From: Gammaproteobacteria bacterium | Lineage (GTDB): Bacteria > Pseudomonadota > Gammaproteobacteria > Thiohalomonadales > Thiohalomonadaceae | Assembly (NCBI GenBank): GCA_041687015.1 | Contig: JAWLCT010000002.1 | Location: 64,073 to 128,072 of the forward strand | Direction of reading: 5' to 3' | Length of the DNA: 64,000 nucleotides | Part shown: positions 30,000 through 37,249 of the stretch, in pieces | How the letters are laid out: the number at the start of each line of letters is the position of its first letter | Numbering within the stretch: position 1 is the first letter of the stretch | Made by a program: the position numbers and the translations under genes | The notes under the pieces: generated by a model | Seen by the model: the letters and a program-made list of their open reading frames with translations, nothing else | What the model was told of the DNA's origin: nothing | Database searches by the model: none

Positions 30000-31434
30000 T
30001 CACCACTCTCCCTGGATTTACCCCCGGCATACGTAGAATGAAACGTGCCCCCTTGGTGAAATCCGAGTCATAACGCACATAGCCGCCGCGGCGTACCATC
30101 ATCGCCTGGCAGATAGACAGCCCCAACCCGCTGCCTTCGCCGACCTGTTTGGTGGTGAAAAACGGGTCAAAGATCCGGCTGCGGATCTCTGCGGGAATGC
30201 CCGGTCCGTTATCTTCCACCACGATGGACACGAAACCGTTGGCATCATCGCGGGCGGCCAGGCGGATGCGGGGTTCATGGACGCCGTCCAGTGCCTGAAT
30301 GGCATTGAGAATCAGGTTGGTCAGTACGATATCCAGTTGCCCACAGCCGCCGTCCAGCAGTAGCTCGCCGGGCGTGAGGTCCAGCTCCACACGGATGCTG
30401 TAACGCTTGAGTTTGCAGGTGATGAAGGTGTCGATGAGCTCGCGGATAAACTGGTTGATATCGCAGGTTTCGCCACTGCACGGGTCCCTGCGCGCATAGT
30501 TGAGCAAGTCGTGGACGATGCGTGAACAGCGCTTGGTTTCGTCCCCCACGATGCCCGCATAACGGCTGAGTTTCTCGTCGGCGGCCGCCGCTTCGCGCAG
30601 CAATTGTGAATAGCCGAGGATGTTTCCCAGCGGCGTGTTCAGTTCATGGGCCACACCGGCGGCGAGCTGCCCCATGGCCACCAGTTTCTCCCGTATTGCC
30701 ACACTGTCCTGCAACTGGCGGTATTCGGTAATGTCCTGAACGGTGATGACAGCACCCATATCCGTTTCATGCTCAGTCAAGAAAGCGAGATTGACACTCA
30801 ACCAATGATCAGTGTCTTTCAGGGGTACATTTATTTCCTGGTTGCGTAATGGATGCTTGTAAAGAAACGCGTCGCGCAGGACCTCGCGATCGTTTTCGTT
30901 CAGATGGAGCAGGTGGAACAGGTTTTTCCCCACAAGCTGTTCCTGGGACAGACCGAATAGTTCCTCTGCGGTCTTGTTGACCCCTGAGATCTGCAGATCG
31001 TCGGCGATATGCAACAGCGCGCCCGGCAGACTCTGGAGGATGGCATCAATCTTGTTGCGCTCGACAAGCACCCTGGCCTGACATTCTTCCACGGTGGAAA
31101 ACATCCTGTGGAGAATGGCAATCATGCGGTTATATTCCACGGTCACGTCGTGGAGCAGGCGATCCCCTACGGGCAGCAGTTTGACCGGCTCAAGCAGTCC
31201 TTCCTGCGCGCGCTGGATACTGTCGCGCAGGCGGTACATCGCCCGGCGTTGAGAGAAAAAAAACAGCCCTGCCATGAGCAGGGCTACAATGGAGGAGGCG
31301 GAGATCACCGCCACGGGGGGAATGTCACCAAGAAGGGTGGTGACGAAAACAATCAAGAGAACACCGGCAATTGACGCAGCAAAGAAGCGCCAATCGCGTG
31401 GAAAGCGGATTGTTGGCCTTTGGTTCGGCATCAC
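29965..31434 (-). CDS. Membrane PAS histidine kinase with almost no periplasmic loop
   Basis: Two adjacent TM helices separated by about 5 residues. PAS region (NKIDAILQSLPGALLHI...VNKTAEELFG). H-box LAAGVAHELNTPLG. N, G1 and G2 boxes (NLILNAIQA, DNGPGI, GEGSGLGL). It overlaps the regulator gene by 35 nt. Confidence 0.9.
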   Translation of the reverse strand: MMPNQRPTIRFPRDWRFFAASIAGVLLIVFVTTLLGDIPPVAVISASSIVALLMAGLFFFSQRRAMYRLRDSIQRAQEGLLEPVKLLPVGDRLLHDVTVEYNRMIAILHRMFSTVEECQARVLVERNKIDAILQSLPGALLHIADDLQISGVNKTAEELFGLSQEQLVGKNLFHLLHLNENDREVLRDAFLYKHPLRNQEINVPLKDTDHWLSVNLAFLTEHETDMGAVITVQDITEYRQLQDSVAIREKLVAMGQLAAGVAHELNTPLGNILGYSQLLREAAAADEKLSRYAGIVGDETKRCSRIVHDLLNYARRDPCSGETCDINQFIRELIDTFITCKLKRYSIRVELDLTPGELLLDGGCGQLDIVLTNLILNAIQALDGVHEPRIRLAARDDANGFVSIVVEDNGPGIPAEIRSRIFDPFFTTKQVGEGSGLGLSICQAMMVRRGGYVRYDSDFTKGARFILRMPGVNPGRVVNECSDVCDRRE

Positions 31435-31460
31435 GCCTGCGTCCCCCCCGAGTGCAAGCG

Positions 31461-31483
31461 GGCGGGGCCGCGCGGGCCCCCGC
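31461..31483 (-). terminator. GC hairpin between the porin gene and the kinase gene (possible attenuator or partial terminator)
   Basis: The minus strand reads GGCGGGGGCC-CGCGC-GGCCCCGCC, a stem with one bulged G. It starts 6 nt after the porin stop and has no U-tract. Confidence 0.35.
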
Positions 31484-31488
31484 CATGG

Positions 31489-32649
31489 TTAAAAAATCAT
31501 CTGAAAGCCCAGCGTGGCCTGGTTGTAATCACGCAGGGAAACATCGGTCGGGTGGTCCTGGTCGAAATCCACAGACATGTACTCACCTGTGAACTTCAAC
31601 TTCTGGCCATCCAGATAGTAATTGAAGCCGGCTCCGCTTTTTGTATTGTCGAGGAGTCCGTCGTCCAGATTGTACTCGGCCTCGTCGTAGCGGGCAAAAA
31701 ACTGCAGCCGACCCGGTCCGACTTTGTTGGGAAGCAGATAACCGACCTTGGCGTAGTAGGCATCCAGCTCGGTGTTCAGCGGCAAAGCAGCGTCCGGGTC
31801 CTGATTAATCGCATCACCAACGCTGTAATCGAACACGGCCGCTGAAACGGTGAAGGTCCCCGCAGCAGTGGGATACTCGAAGAACATGTCCACCGTGGTG
31901 GCTTCGTAATCCTGCGCATCCTCGCGCAACGGGTAATCGGCATACGCGACGTCTGCCTGGGTGTCGTATGCGGCGCCGAGAGTAAACACCGTTTGCGTGC
32001 CCAGGTAGGTACCCCGGTAGCCATAATCGTACTCGGGGTCCAGGGGACTCCAGTGCACACGGGCAGTCAGGCGCGGAGAGTCCTTGGCGACTTCGTCGCC
32101 TTCGCGCCCGTCCGCTGCCATGACACGATACTGAAAAGCGCCGTCGGCCAGGTTGCCCCACAGCGCCACCCCGGTGTCGCGGCTCCCGCCGAATGGAGTA
32201 AACGAAATATCGCTGCGATCCAGGGTAAGCGGTTCGAGACAGGCCTCGAGGTTTTCTCGAGAAAAGGTGTTTTTGAAACGCCCGCCGATAAAACGCATGG
32301 CGTCGGAATAGTCGAGCGTCACGTAGGCGTCACGATAAAACACTTCGCGATCGTCGTTACCGTCTTTGCTGTCGCTGCCTGCCTCCAGCTGCGCATAGAA
32401 ACCGACGTAATCATTGTACTGGCCGGTGAACGTAAGACGGTTGCGGCGCAGGAAGAAATCGGTTTGGTCTCCCGAATCATTGGCGGACGTAAAGTCCTGC
32501 TGCTGAAGCCACATCTGCAGGGCGTAATTCACGGAGATATAGCCCTGTTCACCGAATTGAATCGAGGGACCGGCAAGCGCCATGCTGGGCAGGCCGGCAA
32601 TGAGTGCACCGGCAAGCAGACGGCGCGTCTTGTTAGCAATGACATCCAT
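31489..32649 (-). CDS. Outer-membrane porin, phosphate-selective porin O/P-like
   Basis: Signal peptide ...LPSMALAGP. Long alternating beta-strand pattern rich in Y/F/G/D. Terminal ...ATLGFQMIF. Confidence 0.8.
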   Translation of the reverse strand: MDVIANKTRRLLAGALIAGLPSMALAGPSIQFGEQGYISVNYALQMWLQQQDFTSANDSGDQTDFFLRRNRLTFTGQYNDYVGFYAQLEAGSDSKDGNDDREVFYRDAYVTLDYSDAMRFIGGRFKNTFSRENLEACLEPLTLDRSDISFTPFGGSRDTGVALWGNLADGAFQYRVMAADGREGDEVAKDSPRLTARVHWSPLDPEYDYGYRGTYLGTQTVFTLGAAYDTQADVAYADYPLREDAQDYEATTVDMFFEYPTAAGTFTVSAAVFDYSVGDAINQDPDAALPLNTELDAYYAKVGYLLPNKVGPGRLQFFARYDEAEYNLDDGLLDNTKSGAGFNYYLDGQKLKFTGEYMSVDFDQDHPTDVSLRDYNQATLGFQMIF

Positions 32650-32650
32650 A

Positions 32651-33151
32651 CTACTTGCCTCCCCCCATGACGCTCAGGTAGCGGGTAACTTTCGTGTCGG
32701 CATCGGCCGAATGACAGCTGGCACAGCTTTGTTCGGTGTGTTGGCGCGGGTTGGCGATGAGCTTGTTATGCGCCATTTCCTTGCGAATGATGCGTGGGTT
32801 CCCGTTGTGGCACCCGGCGCAGGAATTGTTGACGGTGCGGTGTTCCGCATGCCATGGCGCGGTGGCGGGGTCCTCGTTGGGCGCATCCGCACGCGTACCG
32901 TTGTGACATTTGAAACAACTCGAAGCCCCGAGTCCGCAGGCGTTTGCCACGCTGATCAGCGAGAATCCGCTCACACCCTCGTGGACCGCAGCCAGGCTTT
33001 CCGCGCCCCAGCCTTCCTCCCCGGAACCATCGGCCACGGATGTCGGCAGGGATTCGAGCACCGCAGCGCCGACGGCCACGACGGTCAGCGTCACCACGGC
33101 GAAACTGGCGTTACGCAATGTGCGTCCCAAGCGCTTTATGAAGGCTTCCAT
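32651..33151 (-). CDS. Trihaem c-type cytochrome, membrane-anchored or secreted
   Basis: Three CxxCH motifs (CFKCH, CAGCH, CASCH) after an N-terminal hydrophobic helix (ASFAVVTLTVVAVGAAVL). GGAGAA RBS before the ATG at 33151. Confidence 0.82.
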   Translation of the reverse strand: MEAFIKRLGRTLRNASFAVVTLTVVAVGAAVLESLPTSVADGSGEEGWGAESLAAVHEGVSGFSLISVANACGLGASSCFKCHNGTRADAPNEDPATAPWHAEHRTVNNSCAGCHNGNPRIIRKEMAHNKLIANPRQHTEQSCASCHSADADTKVTRYLSVMGGGK

Positions 33152-33152
33152 A

Positions 33153-33398
33153 TCATTCTCCTTTGGAGGTTTCTCGTTGCTGCGATTTCGGGCCGGGATC
33201 GACCCGTTCTTGTTGTTTCTGTTGGTTTCGCCGTTCCGCTTCGCGAATGGCGCGTTCACTGAGCCCGTCATTGCACATGCACGGTGGACCGCTTCGGAAT
33301 TTCAGGCGTCCGTCCCGAACCGGTTCGCCGGACTGAGCGAGCACCGAGGTGGCCGTCAACGCCAGTACCGTCAGGAGTGTTCCATCAACAATCCGCAT
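33153..33398 (-). CDS. Small secreted protein with a CxC motif (81-aa precursor)
   Basis: Signal peptide MRIVDGTLLTVLALTATSVLAQS. The predicted mature part contains PPCMCNDG and a highly charged tail. It fills the gap between the two cytochrome genes, overlapping the upstream gene and ending 1 nt before the downstream start. Confidence 0.45.
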   Translation of the reverse strand: MRIVDGTLLTVLALTATSVLAQSGEPVRDGRLKFRSGPPCMCNDGLSERAIREAERRNQQKQQERVDPGPKSQQRETSKGE

Positions 33399-34668
33399 GG
33401 CGATTGCACTCCTGACGGATGCGCGCGTCCTCGCGCGTGAGCAACATGTCCAATGAGCGGCTGACGCTCAGCGCCTCGAAGCGCGTTTGACGCGCCTCTT
33501 CGAGTGCCCGGCGCAGCTCGGCCACGGTGAGTGCATCCATGCGATCCGCCTGTCCGAGGCTGTGGGCAAACACGCGCTCGTAATGTTCGCGTGGCGCCAC
33601 ATGCAACTGAGCGGCAATCCGCCAGCCGGTCGTTTGCGGTAGCGGGAAGCCTCGCTCGAATTCGAGCCGACCGCCGGCCGGAATACGGGTGTCGAACAGT
33701 TCGCGCGTGATGCCCACGTCTGCACCCCAACCGATCACTTCCTCCCCGAGGGGCTGTGTTTCTCCGTCAGGCCCATGCAGGCTGAGGCGCACATACACCT
33801 TGGGCACCATGTAGGTGGGGAAGTGGTGGCCGGCACCGACATTGGTGACCGTCACGCGCACGGCGCCGCGACCGTTGTCCCGAAACGGCACCAGGTCCAC
33901 ATTCACCGCAGCGCGCACCGTGGCCGGGTCGTGCACACCCTTGAACAGGTGCTGCCGGTCGGGCATATGGCATTGCTGACAGGACTGCTTCCCGGCGAAC
34001 GGGCTGGCCCGCCACTGCGCAAACGTGTCTTCCTGCAACTTGCCGGCAAGTCGCGGTCCGTCATCCGGAAACTGGTGGCAGGTCGCGCAGAACCGACTGT
34101 CGCCAAAGGCCTCATTGGCGGTGAAGCCGTTGTGGGCGGTGCCTTTCAGTCCGTTCTGCGGTCGCGCAGGCGGGCCGAAGCGTTGATGCTCACGCACGTG
34201 GCACACGGCGCACGCCACGCCCTGGCGGTGAAGATCGGCCGGGATGTAATCGGGGCGCGGCCGCTGCGGCGCGGCAGACCAGCCGCGCTCCAGTGCCACC
34301 AGGGCCTTCTGCTCGGCGAGCGGCGCGTGGCAGCGTAGACACCGGTTGCCCTGCGCCTGATCCATGAGCCGCAACTGCCATTGGATACCCGGGCCCATGG
34401 CACGGCTGTGCAAACTGCTACGCCAGGCCTCCCATTGATCGGCGTGGCACTGGGCGCACGCCGCGGCGCCCAGAGACGCCTCCAGGGCCGAACTGCCCGC
34501 CGCGGGTGCACCTTGGGTCGGCAGGGGATGATTCCAGTGATTGCTCAGGAATGTGTCCACAGGATCCTCCGCACTCGGGGTGATGGCGGCGACGCGGCCG
34601 AGCCACACCTGCCAGGCCAGGAACACCAGGCCTGCCGCCACCACCATGCCCATCCACGTCCGCTTCAT
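33385..34668 (-). CDS. Pentahaem c-type cytochrome with a non-haem C-terminal domain
   Basis: N-terminal TM/signal MKRTWMGMVVAAGLVFLAW. Five CxxCH motifs (CAQCH, CLRCH, CAVCH, CATCH, CQQCH). About 170-aa C-terminal region (VTVTNVGAGHHFPTYMVPK...). Confidence 0.85.
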   Translation of the reverse strand: MKRTWMGMVVAAGLVFLAWQVWLGRVAAITPSAEDPVDTFLSNHWNHPLPTQGAPAAGSSALEASLGAAACAQCHADQWEAWRSSLHSRAMGPGIQWQLRLMDQAQGNRCLRCHAPLAEQKALVALERGWSAAPQRPRPDYIPADLHRQGVACAVCHVREHQRFGPPARPQNGLKGTAHNGFTANEAFGDSRFCATCHQFPDDGPRLAGKLQEDTFAQWRASPFAGKQSCQQCHMPDRQHLFKGVHDPATVRAAVNVDLVPFRDNGRGAVRVTVTNVGAGHHFPTYMVPKVYVRLSLHGPDGETQPLGEEVIGWGADVGITRELFDTRIPAGGRLEFERGFPLPQTTGWRIAAQLHVAPREHYERVFAHSLGQADRMDALTVAELRRALEEARQTRFEALSVSRSLDMLLTREDARIRQECNRHADC

Positions 34669-34708
34669 CGTCGGTGACGGTGAGCCGCCTCAGCGACCCA
34701 CCTGTCGT

Positions 34709-36145
34709 TCAACCGCCGCAAGGGTTTGCCGGCAGTGTCGCGCCACTGTCACCTGAACCGCTGCTCTCGGTTGTGCCGAGCTTGTACAAACGGTCCTCGC
34801 GGACAATGGCGTTGGCGCTGTGCGCGTACGGGTCCTTGATCTCGCGGGTTGCCACACTCAAGGCGGAGGCCGCTGGCATAAAGTGCGAGCGTGTATCCGT
34901 ACGCCAGGGCGAGTCGCTCGGCAGCAGGTAATTGCCCGTGGCGTCCTGGAGATGGGAAAGCGAGTTCCACTCGACCATCGCGCCGTCATAGAAGCGGGTC
35001 GGCTTGCCCAGGATCACGGCGCTGGCGATGCCGGTGATCATGGCGCGCATGGTGGTTTCGCAATAGGTGTAAATGGTGTCGCCCGGCTGGTAGGCGTTGC
35101 CGACGCCGACACCCTGGTAAGTGGCATCAAAGAAACCCTTGCCGGATCCGTCGATGTAGCCGGCCAGGTAGTCGGCCAACTCCGCCTTGGTCTTGAAGCG
35201 CACACTATCGCCTGCAGTGCCCACCAGAAGGTTGGTGAAATTCAGTTGCAGTGCGCCCCACGGATGACCCTGACGGGAGCCACCGTTTTGGAAGATGCCG
35301 CCGCCGTCACCCGTCGCTTCGCCACCGCTGTATTGTTCGACACTACGGGCGTCCCAGATGAACACACCGTCGGCGAGGTCGTTGGTGTCGCTGGTCGGCA
35401 GTACGGCAAGCATGTCCTGCAGCGTGGCTTGCAACACGGTGTTGTCCGTCTTCAGCTCGGTCACACTGAAGGTGCCGGGTATGGTGGGGAGATTGGTTGC
35501 CGTGGCCTGGAAGTCCCCGGGGGCGGTCATTGCGCCATCGGTCACCTGCCAGTCGTTCGACCCGTTCAGCAGCGCAAGGTGCGAAGCGTCCACGCCCCAG
35601 TAGCGCAGGGTATACCAGCAGCGTCCCTGAGCCATCGCATTGCTCGTACTACCCGTGCCTTGCGCACAAACGATCATGTCCCGGCTTGGGTCGATGGCGT
35701 GCTTCTGCAGCAGTGCGTCAATGGACGGCCCGTCCAGCACCATGCTTTGAGTGGTGATGACGCCGTTGGAACGCACCATCGACCAGTCAGTGCCGGGTAC
35801 GAGGTAGGTGACCACGTTTGTGCCGTTGGCGGCGATGAATTCGGTACCCCCAGGCCCTGCCGACACCTGCAAGATCACCAGTTTGCCCGTCACGCCGGCG
35901 GGCCGCTCGTTGGCCCAGTCATCCTTCCAGCGCTTTAGCGTCGTCCCGGTGATCAGACCGTTGACGTTATCGTCATAGTCATCGGCCGAGGCTTGGGCGA
36001 TGTCGGCGGCCGAATTCACTTTGATGCCCACGGCCGGGGCGGTATCGTCCTCGCCACCGCCACAGGCGCTTAGCACCACCGCGAACAGGCACGCGCCAAC
36101 ACGGCCAGCCCACCCCCCGTGTGAAATCCGTGTTACTTCCGTCAT
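34709..36145 (-). CDS. Lipoprotein with tandem rhodanese-like domains and a C-terminal flexible tail ending Cys-Gly-Gly
   Basis: Lipobox VVLSAC. Domain 1 is MIVCAQGTGS...LRYWGV...LLNGSNDW. Domain 2 is IYTYCETTMRAMITG...FYDGAMVEW. The tail is TTESSGSGDSGATLPANPCGG*. AGGAG RBS before the ATG at 36145. Confidence 0.8.
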   Translation of the reverse strand: MTEVTRISHGGWAGRVGACLFAVVLSACGGGEDDTAPAVGIKVNSAADIAQASADDYDDNVNGLITGTTLKRWKDDWANERPAGVTGKLVILQVSAGPGGTEFIAANGTNVVTYLVPGTDWSMVRSNGVITTQSMVLDGPSIDALLQKHAIDPSRDMIVCAQGTGSTSNAMAQGRCWYTLRYWGVDASHLALLNGSNDWQVTDGAMTAPGDFQATATNLPTIPGTFSVTELKTDNTVLQATLQDMLAVLPTSDTNDLADGVFIWDARSVEQYSGGEATGDGGGIFQNGGSRQGHPWGALQLNFTNLLVGTAGDSVRFKTKAELADYLAGYIDGSGKGFFDATYQGVGVGNAYQPGDTIYTYCETTMRAMITGIASAVILGKPTRFYDGAMVEWNSLSHLQDATGNYLLPSDSPWRTDTRSHFMPAASALSVATREIKDPYAHSANAIVREDRLYKLGTTESSGSGDSGATLPANPCGG

Positions 36146-36203
36146 GTTTCCACTCCTGTACGTCTGGTTCGGACCACGAGGCGGTGCATCGCCCCGTACG
36201 CGA

Positions 36204-36401
36204 TCAGTCAGCCACTCCACCCGCGAACACGGGCACTGCACCACTTTCAAGCAAATCGAGAATGCGCTCGGCATCGGAGGCCGCGGCGCACTCGACCCGG
36301 CAGCCCGCCGTGGCCAGGGCCGCGGAAAGCCGCGGCACGAATCCATCCGCGGACGCGCCGTCGAGCGCGCTGGAAATCAGGACAATGGTTTTGGTGTTCA
36401 T
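36204..36401 (-). CDS. Miniature DsrH/TusB-like protein (65 aa)
   Basis: MNTKTIVLISSALDG... The ATG overlaps the upstream stop (ATGA). The assignment rests on context and a weak pattern only. Confidence 0.4.
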   Translation of the reverse strand: MNTKTIVLISSALDGASADGFVPRLSAALATAGCRVECAAASDAERILDLLESGAVPVFAGGVAD

Positions 36402-36649
36402 ATCAGGTACACCGCATCTGCCGTGGCGATCCTGCTGGCCAGCGCGGCCATGCCCGCGGTGGTGTCGATCGCCAGTTGCTCCACCGGGACATCGGCGAAA
36501 TCCAAAGCTTCAAGGTGCTCTTCGGCATCGGGTGCCAGTTCGCCGCAGATGGCGACATTGACGGCGTCGTCGAGCAGCGTCAGGCCGGCTGCCATACGCA
36601 GTGCCTCGGTGCGTCTGTTCATCGCCACAACCAGTATTTGCTTTTGCAC
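36398..36649 (-). CDS. Miniature DsrF/TusC-like protein (83 aa)
   Basis: MQKQILVVAMNRRTEALRMAAGLTLLDD...ADAVYLI has a DsrE/F/H-like beta-alpha start and end. GAGGAGG RBS upstream. Confidence 0.45.
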   Translation of the reverse strand: MQKQILVVAMNRRTEALRMAAGLTLLDDAVNVAICGELAPDAEEHLEALDFADVPVEQLAIDTTAGMAALASRIATADAVYLI

Positions 36650-36658
36650 AGAACCTCC

Positions 36659-36964
36659 TCAGAACACCACGACGCGATCGGAAAGGTGCGCCAGCTCCGC
36701 ATCCTGGTACTGCCCCCCGATCACCACGTGTTCGGCGATGTTTTTCGGCACCTCAACGGAGTAGCGTTCAACGCTCAGTTCACAAACCGCAAGCCAGGTC
36801 TTGCCATCAGCGGCCAGACGCTGAAGCGTCAGTTCATGGAGTGCGTGGACACCGCTGTCGGTCAGGAAACAGCGCAGATGCCAACCACGCTCCGCGGCGG
36901 CCTGCAAGGCACGGCAAGCGTCGGGAACGAGGGACTGTTCGGTGATCACCACGCCGAGATTCAT
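36659..36964 (-). CDS. DsrE-family small protein (101 aa)
   Basis: MNLGVVITEQS..., a conserved Cys in WLAVCELSVERY, and the family-typical end HVVIGGQYQDAELAHLSDRVVVF. Confidence 0.62.
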   Translation of the reverse strand: MNLGVVITEQSLVPDACRALQAAAERGWHLRCFLTDSGVHALHELTLQRLAADGKTWLAVCELSVERYSVEVPKNIAEHVVIGGQYQDAELAHLSDRVVVF

Positions 36965-36968
36965 GGGG

Positions 36969-37220
36969 TCAGGCCTTCCGAATCAGCCAGGTGAACGAGC
37001 CGCCATTGTCTTTGCGCTCGAACAGTTCATTACCGTCGGTATCGCACATGGCAATGATGGATTCACCGGAAGACGGATTGTCGAAAAGCAGCGTCAGCAC
37101 GTCGCCGGAAGCCATCTTCTGTAACGCTTTTTTTGTATACATTTGCGGATGCGGACAGCTGTAGCCTCTGACGTCCAGGGAAAAGGTACCGTCACCCGTT
37201 TGCTCGAATTTCACTGCCAT
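36969..37220 (-). CDS. TusA-like sulfurtransferase (83 aa)
   Basis: SLDVRGYSCPHPQMYTKKAL...GDVLTLLFDNPSS carries the CP-x-P active-site motif. GGAG RBS before the ATG at 37220. Confidence 0.85.
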   Translation of the reverse strand: MAVKFEQTGDGTFSLDVRGYSCPHPQMYTKKALQKMASGDVLTLLFDNPSSGESIIAMCDTDGNELFERKDNGGSFTWLIRKA

Positions 37221-37249
37221 CTCTCGGCTCCTTGTCAGGCTAAAGTCAG

